A stretch of 62,323 bases of DNA, the filler included, from Aduncisulcus paluster (taxonomy: Eukaryota), in NCBI GenBank assembly GCA_024181965.1. It is 4 parts of 4 records of this genome, joined end to end, with 100 filler letters (N's around TTAATTAATTAA, not from the genome) between each part and the next. Parts side by side here need not be neighbours in the genome. Positions count along the whole stretch, not along the records: positions 20,787 to 32,108 come from BQXS01009962.1; positions 32,209 to 62,323 come from BQXS01009963.1; 2 more parts are not named here. The stretch is one strand, 5' to 3'. How positions within the stretch are numbered: the stretch's first letter is position 1; the number at the start of each line of letters is the position of its first letter. Below the pieces are notes generated by a model. It was not told the DNA's origin. It made no database searches and saw nothing but the letters and a program-made list of their open reading frames with translations. The position numbers and the translations under genes were made by a program. Below, one piece after another: positions 23,370-32,915 of this stretch.

Positions 23370-23659
23370 CTTGGCTAACAATTGAGGTAAAGACAAAATA
23401 AAACAATATTATTATATAACAATAGTTTTTTTGAAAAAGTCTGTTGTATTCAGGTGTCTTTTTACCGATGATGACCCAAAACAGAGAAGAAGAAAATTAC
23501 ACATCTTTCTTTATTCATGAGAAGCTAAATTCATTATATAATGAATTTAAAATGCTCTACCAATGAAATTTTAAGATAGAAATCAGAACAATACTAAATA
23601 AATTAGGCTATATAGCCAAATTGATTTTATTCGCGAAATTAACAAAAGAAATCAAATTT

Positions 23660-25345
23660 CTAGCGATATTTTTTTTGTTTTTTCTTATTTTTAGGGCGAG
23701 CTATACAACATAGTATTATTAATGCAATTGGAAATCCAACGGAGATTAATATGATGATCCAAATCAACGACTCTCTTGAATAATACGATTGAACATTCAT
23801 AGTAGCCGAAACGATAATGTCTTCATCAAGACTGGCCTCTTTCCCATCAAATATCTCGATTAATATCTGTGAGCAAGAAGGATCGATGTCTTCATAATCA
23901 ACACCATCAGCGAGCTGAGAAGCAACGTCAGGCCAATACAATACCGTCGGAAACCGCACAACCGGTGTAATTGAATCGACACTAAAAATAGGAATTTCTC
24001 CGCCAAGAGGCAGAGTATCGAGGAAAGCTGATATCGTCATATTTTTAGATATCAGCATTGTATGGGCGATAAACTCATTGAGATAATCAACTCCGTCAAT
24101 AGTCGTAATACCCCCGGTTTCAGTGGTGTCCATAATATCTACTATTCTCGTTGTGGGACCTAACGTGTCAATGCCATCATAAAATCCACGAAAGGCCATG
24201 GCACCACTTTGACAATGAATACTAGCACTCCCCTCAATAAGGCTGCAATGACTGTTTAAGTGCTCATGTGCAGACAAATACAATACTCGAGCTCCTTCTC
24301 TAATACCAACTGCCTCATTGATGAGATCTATCACTGGCATAGGTTGGGGAGTTGCATCGCCCAGCTGCTCAACGAAAAACCCGCCAAATCGTTCAATTAC
24401 ATTATCATCATAAAATATTTCTTGTGGAGAGTTGTGGAAAGTGATGATCTTGGGAACAAAAGCTGGAACTTCATGTGATTCTAATACTTCGGTTAACCAT
24501 TCAATTTGAGCATTTTCTATACACCCCACATTTCCATCATAATTAAGATCTGGGTCAATTATATCTTCTTCTTCTTCAGAACCAGAGGATGCAATCAACT
24601 CTTCTGCACGTTGACATGGATGCATAAAGCCTCGATGAGAGTCCAGCACAAATACAACGGCCATAATGGTGCCAGAACTATTTCTCAAGATCAAAAATGA
24701 GTCAGAAATGGACGAAGTGTCGGCAAAAAGAATGGACGGTTTGCTATAATGATACGTGTTCGACATGAGTTTTTTCTGGAGATTGGTTGCATTGTAGTCT
24801 TCATCGCCCCAGCTAATAACGAAAGGAAGATTATGATTTAGCATCAAATCTCCAAATAGTTCAGAGATTTCAGTCAATTGAGCATCTGAGCAAGATGTAT
24901 CAGCAGAGACAAAATCACCGAGATGAATGAGTAAATCGGGAGCAGTACGCTCACAATACGAATTGAGAAAATTAATTATTGATGTGTTTCTTTCAGTGCC
25001 AATCTTACATAGAAATTTGGTGTCAGGCACAACTAATATGCGGAAATAATCCCGTTTTGGTTTGGCTGTAACTATTTCTTTACAGTCACAGGGGGTGGAG
25101 AAAAGAATACAAATAAGAATAATGCCAAAGTAAATGGTAAACTTTGAAAAAAACTTATGTCGAAAATAACTCAGTTTTGAATAGCTATGGGGGGATTTGG
25201 AAGATTTATCTTTTGAAGTAGTTTTGTGCTTTTGGTATTTTGAAACATTGTTTGGAGAAATTAGGAAAATATTGGGCTTATGATCAGGGTATATGCTTGT
25301 ACACTTAACAAGGGGAGGTTCACTCGAAAATGGGAGAAATTTCAT
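23660..25345 (-). CDS. Membrane-anchored calcineurin-like metallophosphoesterase (Dcr2/PAP-like), partly degenerate
   Basis: FRILVVPDTKF, PDLLIHLGDFV, ISWGDED, ITFHNSP and LSAHEHLN occur in the five-motif order. N-terminal hydrophobic segment; C-terminal TM helix followed by a basic tail. Confidence 0.75.
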   Translation of the reverse strand: MKFLPFSSEPPLVKCTSIYPDHKPNIFLISPNNVSKYQKHKTTSKDKSSKSPHSYSKLSYFRHKFFSKFTIYFGIILICILFSTPCDCKEIVTAKPKRDYFRILVVPDTKFLCKIGTERNTSIINFLNSYCERTAPDLLIHLGDFVSADTSCSDAQLTEISELFGDLMLNHNLPFVISWGDEDYNATNLQKKLMSNTYHYSKPSILFADTSSISDSFLILRNSSGTIMAVVFVLDSHRGFMHPCQRAEELIASSGSEEEEDIIDPDLNYDGNVGCIENAQIEWLTEVLESHEVPAFVPKIITFHNSPQEIFYDDNVIERFGGFFVEQLGDATPQPMPVIDLINEAVGIREGARVLYLSAHEHLNSHCSLIEGSASIHCQSGAMAFRGFYDGIDTLGPTTRIVDIMDTTETGGITTIDGVDYLNEFIAHTMLISKNMTISAFLDTLPLGGEIPIFSVDSITPVVRFPTVLYWPDVASQLADGVDYEDIDPSCSQILIEIFDGKEASLDEDIIVSATMNVQSYYSRESLIWIIILISVGFPIALIILCCIARPKNKKKQKKYR

Positions 25346-25628
25346 ATAAAAGCTTATTTATATGCGAATATATCGGTTGCTAAAAGATTGATTATTTGTG
25401 GTAGCGTCAAAATGAATAGAAAATTTAATTATGCTTCAATTCAATGAAAAAATAATTATTATTATAGATTTTTGAGTTTAATTGCCCAATTAAGATAAAA
25501 TACAAATTCATATACATTGTATTATTATCCAAGCGCTCTATTTGTTGATTTTGTTTTTTTGTGATATTTAAAGATTATTGAGTTAAATATTTTCCGAATT
25601 CAATTTTACCTATAATATTTAAAATCAA

Positions 25629-28600
25629 ATGTCAACTGTTCTGGATAATCAAACCAAGAATTATATCACATATCTATTGTTAAAGTCTCAGAGCTCAAAA
25701 GCAAATGCTAAGCTATCTCAAATACAACATTTAATATTACAAGCATATGAAGGGATTATTTCCGAAGATGTATTTAAGAATTTACATGCTGCTGCTGTAA
25801 ATTTAAGACTGGCGTTGAAAAAACACTCAAGAGTTGAGCGAAGAGCTTTTATTCAAGATCAGGAAGCAAAAGCTGCTAAAATGGAGCCAATGGTTGCGAA
25901 AAAACTAGGTGTAGGTGTGTCTGCTCACAAGAGTGATTCATGGCGTCTTCCATCCCCAACTATTCCAAAACCCCCTCAACAGCATATCCCTCCAGGTGGT
26001 TCTATTCCTCAGAATCCACCTCAATCACAAGGCGGAGTCAATCCGCTGGCATATAAAAGGCCTATGATGCCCTCTCGTCCAATCCCTTCATCTCTGTATA
26101 CTGGAGGTGATTCTACCACTCAATTTTCCCCGTCAACCTCAAAACCCACTCAGATATTAACTACCCAAGCTTCTAGTAGAGATTCTCAATCCGCCAAACT
26201 TAATGCTCTGTCATCCTTCCTTGAAACTCCTATTCGACCACCTCCATCGCCACAACAATCAGATATTCATTCCATTCCTGCCCCTCCTGTCATTAGTGAT
26301 ACGTCTGCTTTTGGTGGCTCTCGTGGGTCGTTCTCAACCATTAATCCCATTGATCCTCTGAGTCTTCAGATGAACCAACATCTCCGACCCTCTGTTAACG
26401 TTGATGCCGATATTGATCACATTCATCAAAAGGCCGAAATACTTCCCCCCACGTTGACACATACCAAACAACACCCTATCACTTCTTCTTCCTCTTCTTC
26501 CTCTTCTTCCTCTTCTTCCTCTTCTTCTGTGACAAAATATCCTGTATTTTCTCTTGTTTCTCTCATGAAACATCCACAGCTTCCAGATTGGATTCTCCCA
26601 TCGCTGGAGCAGTTCCAAAGGCATGTTGAAGAACTAAAACATGAATTGGACTCACAGAAACAATATACTATCGAGATATCAGAAGATAAGAACGCCTTGG
26701 TCCTTGATTTAAATGAAACCATTGAAGAACTCAAAAGAAAACATTCTGAAAGTATGATAAAACTGAAATCGAGACATACACAGCTTCTTGACGATATTAA
26801 ACGCTCTTCTCACTCTTCTTCCGTGACTTTACACACACAGGTGCAGAATTTACAAGCGGATTTAGCCAGACAAACCAAGACAATCGATCTACTCAAGAAA
26901 CAGCTTGTTAGTGTGAAGAATTCTGAGAAAGCCCTTCGTACAACTCAAAGGTCGGCCCTTTCTGCTGCAAAAAGAGGGAAAGAACAGGCCCAGGAATTGA
27001 AGAAAGTATCTGATGAGTTGTATGAAGCCAAAAGAGAGATACAGCGGTTGAGAAGTGTTATCAGAGGTCGAAGAATGAGCATTGGTCAATCGTCTATGCT
27101 TATGCACTCCACAACTGCTGCTCCAACCAGCTCTACTATGATCCCCAACCCACCTTCAAATTCAGGTCATGTTAGTGTAGTGCAGCATAGTACAGGGCCA
27201 GTCAGAGAGAGGGATCAAATCTCCACAAAACAACATGACGAATCCATGGAAGTTGGTATGTTTGACACGACTCACCCTTACTCACACAATACTTCTACCG
27301 TACAACCACATCCTCCTGCACAACACCATGAACAACACCAGCGTGGATATGAACAACAATTGCAATCCACGGCACTCAGTAGCCTTGTAGAGTCCCATAC
27401 TCTTTTCTCTCATCTTCCTTTACCTCTCTCATTGACATGCCTCTTTATTTATCCATGCACTGATGTTGATCGTTTGTCAGAACACACTATTGCCTTGAAG
27501 GAAAGAAGTGGGAACATTCGACGTGTTGCTTGTGGTCGTGTAATTGCCGCCATTCCACCATCTCCTCGCTCAGCTTCAAAAGGAATCATTAGTAGCTCTG
27601 CACCAGGGTCAAGTAGAGGCTCTGAAGATAGAAAGGGGAAGGATCATGGTATTAATAGTAATGATAATGGTGATGATATTGATAATGATATTGATACAAA
27701 GCATGAAGGTATTGGAATTGGTCTTGATCTTGATGCTAGTACAACTCTTGCTTCAGCGTCATCTCGTGTGGTCGGTGATTCTTCACCCGTTACAGCTTCA
27801 TCTTCTTCTTATGAGGATTCAGAATCACACAAACATGCTATTACTTCATCGGAATATGAAATCAGTGTGGATATATCTGAAACTGGTTTTGTTCCGCTTT
27901 TGGATGCAGTGTGGAATCAAGCACAACGCAGTGCTATAGTGATTGAAGGCGAAGGTCGTGAAACAGCCATGCTTGATCTTTTCTCCCAATGTTCATGCAT
28001 GTTGGTCGATCGTAGATACTCTCAAGAAAAACGAGCAACAGAATCATCAAATATGCAAGAAGTGGAACAAGAAGAAGTAGAACAAGAAGAAATGGAAGGG
28101 AAGAAGAAAGGAAAAGAAGAGATAAAGGAAGGAAAAATATCAGGAGAGAGAGAAGGAGAGGAAGAGAGAGAAGGAGAAGCAATGGATTCTATAAATAGAG
28201 ATGAGAAAGAAGAAGAAAGTGATGATGATGGTGCTTCCTCTATCTTCTCAGAATCTGATGATGAACAGAGACAAAGGATTCTGTATGGAAGGACTATTCC
28301 TTCTGCTTCTGTTCCAAAGCAACATCAAGAGATCTCTCACCAGAAACAATACTCTTCCCCTGCTTTTCCATCTTCTCCCTCTCCTTCCCTTGCTGGTATG
28401 ACATATGTCCCACCACAGATCCTTGTATCCGCCATTGCTATCAGAGGCACTGTCGGAGTTGATCTCATTGCCCCTGCCAATTCACTCTCTCTGCCTGTCC
28501 ATCCAGCATCTTCGAGTGTAAAGAATCCCCTGACATCAATGGGAGCAACTCAAGTATCGATTCGAGACAAGGATGACTGTACCAAAGTATGTCAATTCAT

Positions 28601-28943
28601 TAAGTCCAGGATAGAAGTTTATGCTTTCTCACATGGGTTATTAACACACTCTGTCATTCTAATGTGTGACGTACTGTTTGCTCACAAGCATGGGAGATTG
28701 GCATTTGTTATTCCTTCTTCCGGGGATATCGTCGCTTCTTCACTCCATGATATGCTTCTAGCTGTGGCTGGTGGGGAGCTCTGCCCACCCGTGAGGAGGA
28801 GCAGAGTGACTTTACTGCTTCAAGATTGTTTCACAGGATCAGATGTTGGAGGTTGTGGGCTGTTGAGTTTGGTTAGATGTGCTCGAGATGTTTGTGTGGC
28901 TGAACGTGTCTTTTTGGCGAGGAAGGCATTAACAATGGTCTAA
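25629..28943 (+). CDS. Coiled-coil protein with C-terminal degenerate kinesin motor-homology domain (kinesin-14-like architecture)
   Basis: Central coiled coil. C-terminal VPLLDAVWN, ILVSAIAIRG...DLI, THSVIL, GRLAFV and SLHDMLLAV....PPVRRSRVTLLLQDCFTG echo kinesin PLV..VLDG, VSYLEIYNE..DLL, SHAVF, GKLNLV and L..VI.AL....VPYRNSKLTRLLQDSLGG. Confidence 0.65.
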   Translation: MSTVLDNQTKNYITYLLLKSQSSKANAKLSQIQHLILQAYEGIISEDVFKNLHAAAVNLRLALKKHSRVERRAFIQDQEAKAAKMEPMVAKKLGVGVSAHKSDSWRLPSPTIPKPPQQHIPPGGSIPQNPPQSQGGVNPLAYKRPMMPSRPIPSSLYTGGDSTTQFSPSTSKPTQILTTQASSRDSQSAKLNALSSFLETPIRPPPSPQQSDIHSIPAPPVISDTSAFGGSRGSFSTINPIDPLSLQMNQHLRPSVNVDADIDHIHQKAEILPPTLTHTKQHPITSSSSSSSSSSSSSSSVTKYPVFSLVSLMKHPQLPDWILPSLEQFQRHVEELKHELDSQKQYTIEISEDKNALVLDLNETIEELKRKHSESMIKLKSRHTQLLDDIKRSSHSSSVTLHTQVQNLQADLARQTKTIDLLKKQLVSVKNSEKALRTTQRSALSAAKRGKEQAQELKKVSDELYEAKREIQRLRSVIRGRRMSIGQSSMLMHSTTAAPTSSTMIPNPPSNSGHVSVVQHSTGPVRERDQISTKQHDESMEVGMFDTTHPYSHNTSTVQPHPPAQHHEQHQRGYEQQLQSTALSSLVESHTLFSHLPLPLSLTCLFIYPCTDVDRLSEHTIALKERSGNIRRVACGRVIAAIPPSPRSASKGIISSSAPGSSRGSEDRKGKDHGINSNDNGDDIDNDIDTKHEGIGIGLDLDASTTLASASSRVVGDSSPVTASSSSYEDSESHKHAITSSEYEISVDISETGFVPLLDAVWNQAQRSAIVIEGEGRETAMLDLFSQCSCMLVDRRYSQEKRATESSNMQEVEQEEVEQEEMEGKKKGKEEIKEGKISGEREGEEEREGEAMDSINRDEKEEESDDDGASSIFSESDDEQRQRILYGRTIPSASVPKQHQEISHQKQYSSPAFPSSPSPSLAGMTYVPPQILVSAIAIRGTVGVDLIAPANSLSLPVHPASSSVKNPLTSMGATQVSIRDKDDCTKVCQFIKSRIEVYAFSHGLLTHSVILMCDVLFAHKHGRLAFVIPSSGDIVASSLHDMLLAVAGGELCPPVRRSRVTLLLQDCFTGSDVGGCGLLSLVRCARDVCVAERVFLARKALTMV

Positions 28944-29236
28944 TTCATAATTTATTGTAACTAACTAAGAAAATATAATTTAAAATAAACCTTATTGTTT
29001 TGTGGTTGAAGGATTTTATTTTTTTTTTTTACTTTTCATGAATTGCTTCCAATTGATTAGTTTTTTATTGCGCAAATTTATTTATTTTGATATTAATGAA
29101 CAAAAATACCATTAGAATTAATATAGCTCGCTCATATCATGAAGGGAAATAGTTTCGTTGTTTTCTTGTATCCTATCAATTATTCGAGCATTAATATTGA
29201 TTGATTTTTAATTTAAATCTGCGAATAATATAAAAT

Positions 29237-30814
29237 ATGCAAAAAGAAAAAGATATTGCTGAAGATATTGGCGGTTTGACAATTCCAGAAGATTCTCAGG
29301 AAAAAATGAATCCAAAAGAGCAAAAGTCGTCCCTCCAAGAGTCTTTTGCGAAGTTTCTCAAAAATAGAAGAGCATATATCAAAAGTAGAAGTGGAACCAA
29401 GAAAAAGGGGAAAGGAAGAAGTTTTCAAGAAAAATGTCTTATTAGGACAAAATTTATTGAAAAGGCTCTTTTTTATATCGGTATTCCATATGGCAAGAGG
29501 TTTCTTACAAAAGAATCGCCCAAATATTTCTCCCCCATTTTTCTCGACTGTTGTGGTTTAGTTCGAAAATGTATGAGGGATTTGCAAGGTGATTTCGGAT
29601 TTTTAATTGGACCATGGAATCAATGTTACCAATATGATATTACTAAACCGTGCAAACCGCCCAATTATGATAAATTTGCCGATAGTTTAATCATGACATC
29701 AGATGAAATCCCTTCTTTAAACCAAATAGTTTGGAAAGCTAAGGCAATAGAGAAACTGGAAAAAGATAAAAAAGAGGAAGAAAAGAAAGAAATCCCTGCT
29801 GAACCCATAGGAACATCAACAGAAATCAAAGCTACTACTCAATCTTCAACAACAACATTTCAAGATGTTTCAACCGATATTAAAGTCACAGAGGAACATT
29901 CAATCAAAGAAACGAAAGAGATAATCCAACCTTTATCAGTGGTAACAGCTGAAACTATCAGTGTTGCTGGAACCACTCCTTCTTCAACTGCCTCTACTCC
30001 TGTCGAATCTAAGAAGAAAAGAATCGATTATTCACAAGTATCTCGTGATCTTCTCCCTGGAGATCTTATATTTTACAGTGGCAGATACAAGAAGAAACCA
30101 GGAAAACGTGGAAAGAAGCGCCAACGTCATGACATGGTTCATGTTGAAATATATATTGGAAATGACATTGGCATCCTTGAATTGTATAAAAATGCTGGAA
30201 GATCAGAGGAAGAAGCATTGAAATTCATTTCTGAGCTCAAGACTAAAACATATTGGAGTGCAGACAAGCTGAAAAAACATGATTTCCCATGTGTCCTCCA
30301 TAAATATCCAAAAGAAGTCTGTTCTGTTACTTCTGTTGATTACAAAAGCCATAAATCTAATCCGTCTCAAGGAACTCATGCACACTCGCTTGAGTCATCG
30401 TTTGATGAGTCATCCATTTATTCTCAATATGATGTCTGTGTTGGATGTGAGGAAGAGAGACGTGCATGGCTTGAGTATAGACCAGAACATGTGTATTCTC
30501 GCTTCAATTACGAGGGTTGTGTTGAGCGATGTATTGGATCAAGATGGAGTAAGAGTGTCATTTCTGTTATGCCCACTTTTAGATTTTTTGCAGCTGGATG
30601 GAAGCTTGAACAGTTGCATTTCAGAAGTATTGATCGCTGGTTGAATGGTTTATCCCATTCTCTTTGTTCTGAACATGAATGGAAACTGAAAATCGATGAG
30701 CTGGGAGAGAAAGAGAAGAAGAAAAGTATCTTCTTTGTGGATGAAGAAGAGAGAGATGATGATGAATGCCTTTCAGCTGGTGAAGAAGAAGAGATATCAG
30801 ACCAAGTCGACTAA
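29237..30814 (+). CDS. NlpC/P60-like papain-fold protein
   Basis: FIEKALFYIGIPYG, LDCCGLVR (catalytic Cys), LLPGDLIFY and HVEIYIG (catalytic His) occur in canonical order with long inserts. Confidence 0.8.
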   Translation: MQKEKDIAEDIGGLTIPEDSQEKMNPKEQKSSLQESFAKFLKNRRAYIKSRSGTKKKGKGRSFQEKCLIRTKFIEKALFYIGIPYGKRFLTKESPKYFSPIFLDCCGLVRKCMRDLQGDFGFLIGPWNQCYQYDITKPCKPPNYDKFADSLIMTSDEIPSLNQIVWKAKAIEKLEKDKKEEEKKEIPAEPIGTSTEIKATTQSSTTTFQDVSTDIKVTEEHSIKETKEIIQPLSVVTAETISVAGTTPSSTASTPVESKKKRIDYSQVSRDLLPGDLIFYSGRYKKKPGKRGKKRQRHDMVHVEIYIGNDIGILELYKNAGRSEEEALKFISELKTKTYWSADKLKKHDFPCVLHKYPKEVCSVTSVDYKSHKSNPSQGTHAHSLESSFDESSIYSQYDVCVGCEEERRAWLEYRPEHVYSRFNYEGCVERCIGSRWSKSVISVMPTFRFFAAGWKLEQLHFRSIDRWLNGLSHSLCSEHEWKLKIDELGEKEKKKSIFFVDEEERDDDECLSAGEEEEISDQVD

Positions 30815-31780
30815 TAAGCTAATCGGTGGCTCACGTCGGATGTGAATCGAATGGTGTAATAATAATAAGTTCACCATTGTACTACAATTTAGTAAATGAA
30901 AACATACTTTATTTCGACTAGAAACGTCTTCGTAACACAATCGAAAAACAAGACAAAAATCAATATCTATCAAACTTTCACGCACACCAACCACAAATCC
31001 CTTCACTCGATAAGTCGACAATGTCTGCACAAGGACAAACAGCACAAAAGTGGCAAGAGGAGTAACAACAAGACGCCAGTCATGGATGGACAACAATTGA
31101 GCCATGAACACAACAATATCGATCACAACTATCCATCTATAAAAGTAATATGATTGTTTGATCAATCAAGCATAGAAAAATGAAAGCAAAGAAACCAGAA
31201 GTATAGCTCCTATCAATAAGTTTATGAGAGAAATAAAACGATCTTCACGGTTATTTTGGCATTTTATACTGACCAGGAATATGAGGGAGGTCAAAAGAGC
31301 AGGTGGAGAACGGGTATTTCAGGTTTTATGATTATCCATATTTCCCCTATCTTTTGCATGTCTACCAAGAAGTCCACAACATTCACATATTAAATCCATA
31401 ACTTATCATCATATAATAAAACTTTACAATGCAATATGTGAACAAAACTCGGGACTTAGGAAACGATTTTGTGTCAGGAGTGGAATGACAAGACTGGTAT
31501 CCAATATATGTTAGAAAGAAACCATTTATATTTTTTAATCGATATATTCTGTCGTTAGTTAGATATTAACTTCTTGTCAATCCATAATCACCCTGTTTTA
31601 TTCACTGGTTCTCTCGCTGTTTAGATCTTTCAAGAATATGAAAGGGGCCAAATTTACTGTTTCAAATAAAATCAATTTCCATTTTCAAGCAATCAGAATT
31701 GCTTACACTGCTCCCCCAAGATTTTCATTCCATTCACAACGAATCGATTTATAGGGAATTCAGTTGAAATTCAATATAAA

Positions 31781-31891
31781 TTAAGTTGTAAAATATCTTG
31801 AATTACAGGAAAATAAAGGAGTGGTTACAAGTTTATTTCAGTTGTAAAAAATAGTATTTTAAGTTGTTAAAAACTATATTTTACAACTTAA
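31781..31891. repeat. 16-bp inverted repeat with internal AGTTGT(A/T)AAA motifs
   Basis: TTAAGTTGTAAAATAT (31781-31796) / ATATTTTACAACTTAA (31876-31891). Related motif copies near 31840 and 31862. Confidence 0.6.
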
Positions 31892-32108
31892 AATTAAAAA
31901 TACGTTTTAATGGGTATCTAATAAATTTTATTGTCTTATTTTCTTAAATTTAATGTTGAAATGCTATTTAATGCATTCTACGAGCAGGAAAAAGAAAAAT
32001 AAAATGACTGAAACAGATTTGCCTTTATTTTACTATAAAAATTTCTTAAATAATGAAAAATGAAAAATAAAAACAAAAAAAATGAAAAATCGTTGGAGTC
32101 CCCCCCTT

Positions 32109-32208
32109 NNNNNNNNNNNNNNNNNNNNNNNNNNNNNNNNNNNNNNNNNNNNTTAATTAATTAANNNNNNNNNNNNNNNNNNNNNNNNNNNNNNNNNNNN
32201 NNNNNNNN
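32109..32208. other. Artificial contig linker N44-TTAATTAATTAA-N44
   Basis: Same 100-nt structure as at 11158. Confidence 0.97.
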
Positions 32209-32612
32209 AGGTCATTGGTGTGTCCGAGAAGGACAGAGAGGTCAAGGAGAGTGACGAGATGCGTGAGAGAGAAGAGAGAAGAGAGAGAGAGGAGAGGAGA
32301 GAGAGAGAGTATCGGAAACTTCACTTGCCGACTTCTACAACTTCCTCGAGATATGGTTATCCTTTCTCTTCCTTATCTGGATTCACTCTATCCTCTCCCG
32401 CCAAGTCCAATCAATCTGCTCACAGAATGTCCTTCTCCAGTAAGGACGATAGGAACAAGGAGATTGATGTAAGTAGTGTGGGGGAAAGTGAAGTGATGGA
32501 GGGGATGTTACGTGTTCCGGCACACACTCTCAGGCTCAGTGGTATGGCTTCTGGGGCCCTATTTGGAAACCGAGAAAGTGTTACTGCTCACTCTTCCTCA
32601 CCCAAAAAGTGA
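32209..32612 (+). CDS. C-terminal fragment of a hypothetical protein (5'-partial)
   Basis: Frame open from the gap (VIGVSEKDREV...EERRERE...SSSPKK*), followed by AT-rich 3' DNA. Confidence 0.6.
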
Positions 32613-32915
32613 TTTTATTTTTATCTTTTTTTGGAAATGATTAAAAAATATCTACTTTTTCAGCAATAGTGTCGACTATCAAATATTGTAGTACCTATAT
32701 ACTACCTACACTTTGATGAAAAAATGATTTTGAATGATGGTTGTTGACCGGAAGTATCGCGAGATCATCCTTGTGCAGTATCTCTTGTTTTTCTTGTATT
32801 TTGAAAATAGGACAGATATTAATTGTCGTAAATAAATCTTTTGAATGAATTATTTTTGTTATATTTGATTTTTTTTGTTGATATTCAACTTTTCTTTCAA
32901 ATTTAGTTTTTTGTC

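Noticed and set aside
26483-26527. (TCTTCCTCT)n and GA-rich tracts (also about 32265-32309, 41683-41722) as a repeat array or CRISPR
   Set aside because: Simple low-complexity repeats encoding poly-Ser or Glu/Arg, or 3'-UTR slippage; no repeat-spacer structure.
30797-31165. Minus-strand 122-aa hydrophobic ORF with a possible 26-nt GTATGT...ACTAAATTGTAG mini-intron near 30882-30907
   Set aside because: No upstream ATG exon could be joined, and the intron size is unlike the other five; insufficient support.
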